A program made the position numbers and the translations under genes. From assembly GCF_009914755.1 (NCBI RefSeq), contig NC_060947.1: DNA of 64,000 bases, one strand, 5' to 3'. The stretch comes from the human T2T-CHM13v2.0 reference genome, Homo sapiens. Under the pieces are notes generated by a model that saw only the letters and a program-made list of their open reading frames with translations, did no database searches and was not told where the DNA came from. This document shows, piece by piece, positions 47,776 through 64,000 of the stretch. The number at the start of each line of letters is the position of its first letter. The first letter of the stretch is position 1.

Positions 47776-48677
47776 CCCCTTAGCTGTGGTGCACTTTTCA
47801 GCCTTGTTTCTCTTGTGCTGAATTACAGCGTTTTCTGTGAAATTCAGTCCTGCATTCTGGAGTCCAAGATAATGACAAGAGGAAAAAGGAGTCATAAAGA
47901 TAAAATTCTTGTGGGCTGGGGTTTCATTTGGTCTTGCTGATGAGCAAAACACATTTGCACACATGCTAAAACCCATATTTGGGAAAACATTCACTTACAG
48001 AGAGATGGGCCATTTGTAAGATGGGGCTTTAAATTCAGAGAACACTTTAAAGCCACTTTTTTGACTCAAGCTAAGCACATTAGACAAACTCCTATACAAG
48101 TGGAAAAAGAGAGGAAAATAATTATTTGTTGAGCTATTTCTATAATGTATCATCTCTTTTAATCATCACATTAGCACTATAAATTAGGCACTATTATTAT
48201 CTCCACTTTACAGATGAGAAAACTGTGGCTCAGATAAGTTAGGTAACACATTAATGTTAAATGAAGAAACAGGGGCTTAAATCCAATGTCTTCCTATTAT
48301 ACCACACAAGGATGATTCAGTGTTCAAGGCACAAAAAAATTAAAATGTTTTCTAATGCTTGCAACATTTTGTTTGTGCTGTCAAACTTAAAAAAAAAAAA
48401 GCAGTTTGGCATTCACTCCAAGTCCAGTTAACCCTCTGTTTGAGTCTCCTCACTTGAGTAGGACGCATCTGCCTTTGGTATATTTCCATCTAGGGGCACT
48501 GTAGTTCAATAGGATCTTGCCTGGGCTGGGAATCAGAAGATGTGAACTTGTTCAATTTTTTTTTTTAAATGACTGTGGCAGTTATCTCACTATTCCTTGG
48601 TTTCTCATTTGCAAAATTATATTTCATTATGATAATAATATACTATGATAAATATGATATATCCAACATATAGGCCT

Positions 48678-48968
48678 TTTTTTTTTTTGAGATGGAGTCT
48701 CACTCTGTCACCCAAGCTAGAGTGCAGTGGCGCGATCTCGGCTCACTGAAAACTCCTCCTCCCGGGTTCAAGCAATTCACCTGCCTCAGCCTCCCGAATA
48801 GCTGAGATTACAGACGCTAGCCACCAAGCCCGGCTAATTTTTGTATTTTTCATAGAGATGGGGTTTCACCATGTTGGCCAGGCTGGTCTCGAATTCCTGA
48901 CCTCGTGATCCACCTGCCTCGGCCTCCCAAAGTGCTGGGATTACAGGCGTGAACCACCGCGCCCAGCC
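48678..48968 (-). mobile_element. AluS
   Basis: TSD acatataggccttt. Confidence 0.92.
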
Positions 48969-51509
48969 ACATATAGGCCTTTCTAATATGCAACTTCAGG
49001 GTCCCTTTTCAGGCCAAGACTCCCTAGCCAAAGGTCCCTAGGATTCAGTCTTCTTTTCTCTTTCCGAAAGTACTGCCACCCCCTCTATCCTTTTGGGCTG
49101 CTTCTCAATAATCCTTTTCCCCCATTCTGTGAAGTGGGACATGGTCTCAATGCTCCAGAAGACAATCACAGGAATTCTTCTACTGTAACCAGTTACAGCA
49201 CTACTAAACTATTTTTCCCTTACAAGGAGTAACTATTGCATTAGCCAGATTCAGAGAAAAACATGGACTGTGCAACTTTTCTGTTGTTATTAGGAATACC
49301 ATCAAACACTGCTCTAGCACCATTCATAATGCTTCACAGGAATGGTGGTCATTGTAATAGGAGTGTACATATCTTATAATGCCTCAATTACACAATTGTC
49401 AACAGCTGCCTCAATGCAAAGGGCAGTTTGGGCTGAGGCAGCGTATAAGCAGAACATTGCACGCTATAATTTGCATTAATAGCCTTTCCACCCACTATGC
49501 TTGTATCTACTCTAATATCACAAGCTTCATCTTCAAGGATCTTGAAGTCACATCTCCACTACCTTGCTGTTGCCATTCCATTTTTCATAATGCAGCTCAA
49601 AATTTCTCTCTTCAGACTTACAAGGAGGAGCTATCTGCAAATCGCTTCATCTGGGTTTAATCCCTGCTTCCTTTTCCTAAAATTTTCTTTATTATTCTTC
49701 TTGCACTCTTACTTGACAATCTTAAAATTGTTCTTACTGTGTATCCAAAGGTATGTAAGAATGAGGCTTGACACAAATAAACTGCAGTAAGATGTGAAGG
49801 CAGTTACTAGGGAGCTTCTGCAAATTTGTCGAGTCCTGGCACTCATTTTAAGCAAACAAACAAGTTTATTGAGAGTTCACCCTGCCCAGATACCTTTCTA
49901 TTTGAAGCTCAGTAAATGTACAACTACCTCACCTCAGCATGAACTGAAAAGGTACAACAAGATTACCAAAAGAAAAGTATTTGACAAGCAGAGTTAAAGT
50001 GAAAATTAGTATTTTCTTTAAAAAAATAAGAAGATTGGGTTCCTCTGTGCTCCAAGTCCTATGATTGTTCTTTGACAAATTTTTCACATTGTTATCTCTT
50101 TTGTTAGATCTTCAAAAAAGCAGACTCCCAAACAGGATGTTTTAAAAGTGAAAACCATGGGCTTGAAAAATAATAGAAAGAACAAGCAAGAAGAATAGTG
50201 TCCAAATTCCATCCTTCTGTTGCTACTGCTAACTGTCCAGAAAGGGGAAATGGTAGACAGTTGATGTTTCAGTTGCTGTGAAGTAGTGAAGTAAATAATA
50301 ATACGGGAGGCCTCTAGGAAGAAAGACTATGTGTTGACACCAAATCAGCCAGCATAGAGTAGCCTCCACTCTGTATGTCTCTGCCTGTACAAATTCCTTC
50401 TCTCTGGAGGCTATTTTCCCAGCCTAATTTATAAACATCATGACAAAAGAGTTGGTTATTTGGGGTCAGCATAACACCGGGCAGTGGAAAAGCAAATACA
50501 GAGAACAAGATGTTCTACGCGTACATAATAGTGTCATTTCTTTTGAGGAGACACAGGAATCAAATAACAGGGATTTTTGGCTCTTCGGATTCTGAAGGAA
50601 AACAAAATGACCTTGGCATCTAGCAAATAAGCTCGAATTCAGAGGATTGAAGTTATTACCCAAAATAAGATTAGATTCTGCCCTGTGGGGACACATTTGT
50701 ATTTCACAGTCAATTTGGGATTAACCTTTTCAGGGCTGGTGGAGAATTAATTAGTTCTTTACTTCTCTCTCTGGACTGCCTCAGGCTCTAGAGGTTTCCA
50801 TGTATTCTAAAGGAGATTTGTGCAGGGCAGCCAGCTGTGCAACTGTGACTTATTTATTCATGCTTCTGGCATAGATTCCTCTGAGTGTGAGAACTGTAGA
50901 AGGCGCCCCTCCCAAAGAGCACACAAGCCCAACCCAGTGTAGCAGGACTTTGTGTGGGTGAGGTCCATCCAGTGCATCAATTATGACAGTCCAGAAAGGG
51001 ACTGATCTGTGAAACCTCCCCAGGTCTGTTTCCTCCTCCACGGTGTTTCTCTTTTCTTCAATTGCTCCTGCTTTGTCCACACTACCACAGATGGGGCAGT
51101 TATGGTAATTCCAAAAGCCCAAGAATTCAAGCTGGCACTGCCTCAGCAACTGTGTGTTTTTAAAAGAAGCATACAAGTTCAATATGCATAGTTTAAAAAA
51201 GATGTCCGTCAAAATGTTAACAGTGATTATTTCTGTGGAGTGGGATTACTGAAAATTTTTGTTTTCCTCTTTGTGGTTTCCTAAATTTTCTGTTTTGATC
51301 ATGTATTATTTGTGTAGGTTTTTCAATTTTCTTCTTTTAAAAAGGTAAGCTTCGCAGATGAATCATTTGTATTTCCCTAGTGCTCTATCTCCAAGCACTG
51401 TAGAACAGCCCTGAAAGTGTACAGAAAAACACCCAAGTGGGGAGTTTCACTTCCAGCATTATTTTTCTTTAAAATCATGGAGATAAGGCAAAGGATGAAG
51501 ATATGAACA

Positions 51510-52005
51510 CATGTTATCAGTGCGGCCTCAGCAGAAAAATAATTCACTCCAAATGGCTCAAATGAAGAGAATTTGTGAAAAACCATTTATAGGAAGTGGT
51601 CAGGGTTATAGACCTTGTTACAGAAGAAACAAGGGATAGTGAGGTTTGAGTGGGAAACTGTTACCACCCCTACAGCCAAGGGATAAGCGAAGAAACAGTT
51701 ACCAGAGGCCAGCAAGTGCTGAGTCTATGGAGGAGGAGTTGGCCAGTGGGTGCTCTAGTTGTTTAAGAATGCAGCTACTGCCAGGGATGCAGTGCACAGC
51801 AGAGAGTGTAGGGAAGAAATATCCCTGACGCCTCGCTCCTTCACTCTCTGATCTCCTATTATTTTTAACCCTTTACCAAACCCAATGCAAGCCAAGGCAA
51901 GGGAACCAAGAATATGCAGTCCATAGGAGTAAACCTCCTAAGACATAAGGAGGGACTAGGAAGAGTAAAAACTGGATGAAGGTAGGAGATAAAGACCATC
52001 TAGCA
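51510..52005 (-). mobile_element. Old ERV-L-class LTR (LTR16/33/40-like)
   Basis: The terminal region (atgcagtccataggagtaaacctcctaagacataagg...aaagaccatctagca) resembles the reverse complement of ERVL LTR starts. Confidence 0.45.
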
Positions 52006-52019
52006 GTCTACTCCTTTTA

Positions 52020-55190
<3,171 letters not shown>

Positions 55191-55599
55191 GTGTACCCCT
55201 TTTGTCACTCAGGAGCCATTCTTGTCCTTTGTTCAAAGGAAGAACTCTCATCTACAATACAGAGGAGACACAAAATTCTATGAGCTACTGTATCATCATG
55301 AGGTGGTGTTGATTTAATTACATTCCTATCTGGAACCTAAATTATAATATTAGCCACCATCAGACTGTTCATCAAGGAAGCAAGAAGAGGGGAGTGAGAA
55401 AAAGAAATAGTTGATTAACATAAAATATGCATAGCTGTTACAGTACCCAGTTGCTGAAATGAGGAATGAATTCCCTCATCTCCCTCCCCCTACGCACAGG
55501 GAATCAGCCATCCTCAGCATAAAATCTTAAATAAACACCCCTAGGGCAGTTACCAGGCAAGCTAGTGTTGAGCTTTTTCTGGATCCACACTCTCATCTG

Positions 55600-56150
55600 C
55601 TTCAAGTCCATGTGGAGAGTTAGACCCAACAATAGCATGAATTACAAAAGAACAAGGCCTGGCCCAAGAGAGAGAGCTTTTATCCCAAAAGAGACCTAAG
55701 ACCTCACCAGTCTGTATTGACTGGAGCACAGGAAGCATGTTCAGAAGTGAGTTCTAGGGGTATGAGTGAGATCAAGGAGGAAAAAATACAAGACTTGATA
55801 GAGGTGAATTCTTCAGCACAGGTGTATTCATCCAGAATTCAAAACTTAAAATTCAAGCACTAGGGTATGTTGTAATGGTATGTTAAATTGGCTAATTAAA
55901 ACCTGGACCCAGTGATGGCCTGCAGTTATTGAAGTTAAAATGCCTGAACTTCTCTGATGTCCTGTGGAATACGGAGTCCAAAGATTCAGGGTAATGGATA
56001 TAATGAAATGGATCTATGTACAAACTGTTTAGCTACGCCCCTAGGCATCCCTCCTGGAAACACACAGAGGACACTTCCTTCACCAAGGCATTTAGAAAAA
56101 GGCATCGATGTCTTTCCTCTTTCCTCTCATTCCTGGGAAATTTAGTCTGA
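55600..56150 (+). mobile_element. ERV-L gag fossil
   Basis: Reads WLIKTWTQ*WPAVIEVKMPELL*CPVEYGVQRFRVMDIMKWIY...EDTSFTKA, resembling HERV-L gag. Confidence 0.7.
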
Positions 56151-56605
56151 AAGCCATTAGGTGGAGGCAGAGCAATGGAGGCATCTGAAGGGCAGAATGT
56201 TAAGTCTGAGTAGAGTAGAAAGGTGTGGTATAGGGTTACGGAGATGGAGCTTAACCAGAGTATGAGGACACCCATGCACGTATGGAGGGCATCACACATA
56301 GGAACAGCCTGAATAGAGTGGCGAAGCCCAAACAGGGAAAGGAGGAATTTCGTGAAGAGGGGTCGCCTGGCTTGGGGGTATAGCACTCAAGAAGGATTAG
56401 GAGAGTGTCCACACTACCGGACAGTCAAGCATGAGGAGTCACAGCCAGAGCAGAGGGAGAAGGACATCCCTAAGAAGAGGTGGCTTTAGAGTCTGAAGAT
56501 GGTGAGGAAAGCATCCACATGGATTAAAGGGGAATGCCTGGTGTGGGGAATCAGAGCCCAAGCAGAGTGAGGAAGGCATCCTTCAAGAATGGAACAGGGT
56601 ATTTC

Positions 56606-56813
56606 TTTTTTTTTTCCTCTCTGTTTTTTTTAATATGCTTTAAGTTCTAGGGTACATGTGCACAACATGCAGGTTTGTTACATAGGTATACCTGTGCCAT
56701 GTTGGTTTGCTGCACCCATTAACTCGTCATTTACATTAGGTATTTCTCCTAATGCTATCCCTCCCCCTGCCCCCCACCCCCCAACAGGCCCCAGGGTGTG
56801 ATGTTCCCCGCCC
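56606..56813 (-). mobile_element. Short L1PA 3' end
   Basis: Perfect 15-bp TSD ggaacagggtatttc at 56591-56605 and 56814-56828. Confidence 0.92.
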
Positions 56814-57875
56814 GGAACAGGGTATTTCAAAGCCTAAGTGAGGTTAAAAGAGTGTCCATACTGGAGCACAACCCAGCATGCAAAGTCAGTGCTGAGCAGG
56901 GTGAGGAAGGCATTCACACAGAGATGCAACCTGGCATGCAGTATCTGAGCCCAAGTGGAATGAGAAGGGTGTCTATGAAGGCAGGCAGACTCATACAGGG
57001 CAACAGATCCTGTGCCAGGTGAAGAGTACCTCAATGAAATGAGGTGGCAGCCTAAAGCAGGGTGTCAGAACCTGAGCAGGGTGAGGAAGGCATACATGCA
57101 AGGGTAAGACCTAGAATGGGGTGACAGAGTCCAAGGAGCGTGAGAAGGGTATCCATGAAGGGGAGAGACTTCCTGGTGCAGGGTCTAAGAGCCCAGGTGG
57201 GATGAGAGGAAGGCTTCCATGCAGGTGAAGGACAAGTCTAGAGTGGGGAGTTTTATCCAAGCAGAGTGAGAAGGGTGTCTCCAGGAAGAGGATCCCTGGT
57301 GTGGGGCATCAGAGCCCAAACAGTGTAAGAAAAGCATCCATGTGGGAAGAGGGGCAGCCTGGCATTGAAGGGTCAGGGCCTGAGAAGAGCAGGGTGAGGA
57401 GGGCATCCTTGGAGAGAGATGCCTGGCGTGGGGTATCAAAACCCATAGTGCAGTCAAGAGGATATCCACACAGTGGAGGTGAGGTGGGGTGGGGATGGGC
57501 AGTGTACAACATCACAGACTGAGTGGGACAGAACGAGAATCCTTACCAAAACCAGTATCCTGGTATGGCACATCAGTAGCCAAGAAGGGTGAGGAAGGCA
57601 TCCATGCTGAGAAGTGGCCTGGCAATCGGGTGTCAAAGCCAAAGTGGGGTTAGGAGTTATCTTCATAGGTGAAGGGGTGGTAAAGACATAGATTAACTAC
57701 ATAAGGGGAGGGGCCTAATAAAATCATTAAGGATAACTGAAGTCATGTTTCTCATCGTCAAAGAAGGGAGTTACCAATATGGTAAGGGAAAAAAATAAAA
57801 TAAACCTTATGGTATCCGATTGGAATTGGAGGTCCAATTAGAACTTGTCATTTTAAATATAAAAATATAGATGTA

Positions 57876-58294
<419 letters not shown>

Positions 58295-58644
58295 CTAGCT
58301 CTATCTGCTGAGATGGCCTGGGATTAATGACATCCCAGTAGCAACAATCACACTTAGCACCCAGATCTCAGTTTCTAAATACCATTCTTGGCTAAAAGAA
58401 GCCAGAGGTCCTTGAAGAAATGACTGATTACAGAGCTGGGACAGAAATTGATAAGATGAGCCTGGAACACCCTTTTGAGCTAGAAAGCAAGGAAGTGCTC
58501 AAGAATGACTGAAGGCATGTCAAAAGAACATATAAATCATCTTAAAGTGAATCCCTTTGGCCAAATTAGTGACAATTTGAGGATCAGATTAATGATAGTA
58601 ACAAGTTATTGAATAAAATAAGGAACTATGAGTCCATACTGGTA

Positions 58645-59134
58645 CAGATACTGCTAGACTTCCCATGGGTTTACACCCCGATAAACCCATTGTACACTGA
58701 AAATATCATGGGTCAAAAATACATTTAATACACTGAATCTAGCAAAATCATAGCTTAGCCTAGCCTACTTTAAATGTGCTCAGAACACTTACACTAGCCT
58801 ATAGTTGGGCAAAATCATGTAACACAAAGCCTATTTTATAATAAAGCATTGAATATTGTACACAATTGGGCATTTTATAGACAATAAGATGTGAAAACAC
58901 AAAACACAATATTCATGTAATGTTTTCAACGCAGTCCACTGTAAAATATTGGTTGCTTACCCTCGTGATCTCATGGCTGACTGGGAGCTGCCATAGTCCA
59001 GCATTGCAGAAGAGTACTATACTGCATTTCACTAGCCTGGAAAAAGATTAAAATTCAAAATTTGAAGTACAGTTTCTACTAACTGCATATTGCTTTCACA
59101 TCACTGTCAAACATCATAAGTTGGGGACCATCTG
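58645..59134 (+). mobile_element. MER47/Tigger5-family DNA transposon
   Basis: Contains cagatactgctagacttcccatgggtttacaccccgataaaccc...catagcttagcctagcctac...ggggaccatctg. Confidence 0.8.
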
Positions 59135-59169
59135 CATGTGTATATATAGCCGCAAATGTATTCTTAACA

Positions 59170-61409
59170 AAATAGGGAGGAAATACTCATGACAATTATA
59201 ATCCGTGTTTCTGTAACTGGTCTTGTGGTTGTAGCTGGTATTTATAACTATGTTCTACTCCCATTCTATATTCCTTTTTCCTTCAAAAAGCACCTTAGCT
59301 GGTTGTGGTTCTTTAATTGGCATGGTGACCCAAACATTTATTTCTGAAGGGTGTGGGTCATTTGTACTCCTGCCTGAGTTGGGTTGTTGCAGTTTCCCAT
59401 TAACCTTAGCCAGAAGGCATGTTAATATTAAGAGATGCCCTAAGGGATCCCTTGTATTCTAAACATACTCTTTCTTACCTCCTTTGTAGAGAACTAATCC
59501 AATTTCCCCTTGGTAGTCTGGATCAGTCACCTCAGCTAACACTGTAACTCTCTTCTTAGCCTGTTGACTCAGAGTTATGAGGAGCCCAAAGTGGTCAGGT
59601 GGCAGTTTTAACTTCCAGTTCAGTGGAATCATTGTTATGTCTCCTGGTGGAAGCATTTCTCCCTCTGGAACTAAGACCTCCAGGTCAGCAGAGCATAAAG
59701 TCATAGGAACAAGAAGCAAAAATGTTGCTTGTTTGTGGGTCACTACAGGTAATGGTAAGTGGTGTCATTCCCATGTCCACCTCTTGATTCCTGGACCTGT
59801 GCATCATAACCATGGGAGATACAGTACCATATATTAGACACTGATTAAGAGCAGAAAGAGCCTTCCAAAGAACCTTGCCCGGCCCTGCAAAGTACTGTCA
59901 TCTACCTGCTACTGTAACTGTGTCTTCAAAAGGCCATTCCATACTACACAGCCATTAAAAAGAAAAAAATTGTATGGTTTGCATCAACATGGATGCAGCT
60001 GGAGGCACAGATATCTTCACAGTTTTTGCTAGTTCAGATGTCCATCCACATACCTCTTCCCCATATTTCTTTGTCATCAATTTCCCAATCATGTTCCTTG
60101 CAAGTCCCTGACCATGTAGCCAATCCACTGGTCACATTCCATGAATTGGTCTATAATTACATGTCTGGTTCTTTCTCCTTTCAAGCAAAGTGAAAAGCCA
60201 GGTGTATTACTTCGTGTTCTGTGCACGAGGAGGATTTCCCTTCACCATCGTTCTTTAGGGACGTCTCAGAAAGGGGCTGTAGTGCTGTAGCTGTCCACTT
60301 TCTGGTGGTGCCTTCATATCATGAAGAACTATCTAAACCAGGCCCAAGTGTTCTCTTCCTCTGTCAACTGATCAAGATATCCGCAAACTAAGTTATGACA
60401 TAGGGCTACAGGGCTGATATACCCCTTCACAGGCAGAACAGTGAAGGTGTATTACTGGCCTTTTCAGCTGAAAGCAAACTGCTTCTGATGGGCCTTATGG
60501 ATAGGGATGCAGAAAAAGGCATTTGCCAGATCAATAGCTGCATATCGGGTACCAAGAGCTGTGTTAATTTGCTCAAGCAATGAAACCACATCTGGTACAG
60601 CAGCTGCAATTGGAGTCACCACTTGATTAAGCTTACAATAATCCACTTCATTCTCCAAGATCTATCTGTCTTCTACACAGGCCAAATAGGAGAGTTGAGT
60701 AGGGATGTGGTAGGAATCACCATCTTTGCCTCTTTCAAGTACTTAATGGTGGCACTAATTTCTGCAATCCCTCCAGAAATGAAGTATTGCTTTTGATTTA
60801 CTATTTTCCTGAGTAGAATAGCTCTAATGGCTTCCATTTGGCCTTTCCCACCATAATAGCCCACTCTCCATAGTAAGGGAACCATTGTGGGAATTCTGCC
60901 AGCTGCTAAGTATGTCAATTCCAATTATGCACCTTGGAACTGGGGAAGTAACTGCAGGATGCATTTGGGGTCCCACTGAACCCACTGTGAGTTGGACTTA
61001 AGCTAAAACTCCATTGGTAACCTGACCTCCATAAGCCCCTACTCTGAGTGTAGGGCCACAGTGATGTTTCGGGTCTCCTGGAATCAATGTCAGTTTAGAA
61101 CAAGTACTCCCTGAAATATCTGATTTTTCCCCTCAATGCACAGCTACCCCGGTAAAAGGCCACAGATCCCCTTGGAGAAGGCTGGGACAAAGATTAACCG
61201 TAAATATTTTCAGTAGTGTACCAGGGTTTTTCCTTGAGGAGACCCAGCCTCCCCTTCATTCAAGGGATTCTGGGTTTGTAAACTGGCTCAAGTCTGAGAA
61301 TTGATTGAGGGACCATGATTCTCTGTTTTTATGATTTGGGTTAGACTTTTATTGATTTGACCTGGAAGTTTTCTGCTCACACAGATTAAGTAAAAATTTA
61401 GTAGGCTAC

Positions 61410-61410
<1 letters not shown>
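59170..61410 (-). mobile_element. HERV-L/ERV-L internal fossil: gag end, protease, RT, partial RNaseH/IN, dUTPase
   Basis: RT fragment [60 protein letters not shown]. dUTPase fragment LPPGDITMIPLNWKLKLPPDHFGLL...DPDYQGEIGLVL lies downstream of pol, the ERV-L arrangement. Confidence 0.9.

Positions 61411-64000
<2,590 letters not shown>

Noticed and set aside
56280-57670. CRISPR-like repeat-spacer array
   Set aside because: The units are degenerate along their whole length, there are no unique spacers or cas genes, and the context is mammalian L1.

Overview
This is primate, most likely human, genomic DNA and is very repeat-rich. It contains the 5' half of SYTL4 (synaptotagmin-like 4 / granuphilin, a Rab27 effector) on the minus strand. 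Four coding exons at 6498-5358 encode the first 179 aa, covering the Slp-homology/Rab-binding domain with its Zn finger. A CpG-island promoter lies at ~35.9-36.7 kb, and there is a predicted multi-exon, ATG-free 5' leader that appears to include an exonised antisense Alu. The CDS continues beyond the left edge of the window. The rest is intronic or upstream DNA made of nested retro- and DNA-transposon fossils: ~23 Alus, a hexamer-less SVA, L1s of many ages, L2/MIR, ERV-L gag/pol/dUTPase, Tigger1, MER44/Tigger7, MER47, MER20 and a Charlie-like hAT transposase. I see no evidence of a new multi-gene biological system. The most interesting sequence-level signals are the Alu-derived leader exon, a ~175-bp inverted duplication inside an old L2, a locally templated ~83-bp insertion flanked by a 9-bp duplication, and the intronic SVA. 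Repeat subfamily names are recognised by eye and most repeat boundaries are approximate.
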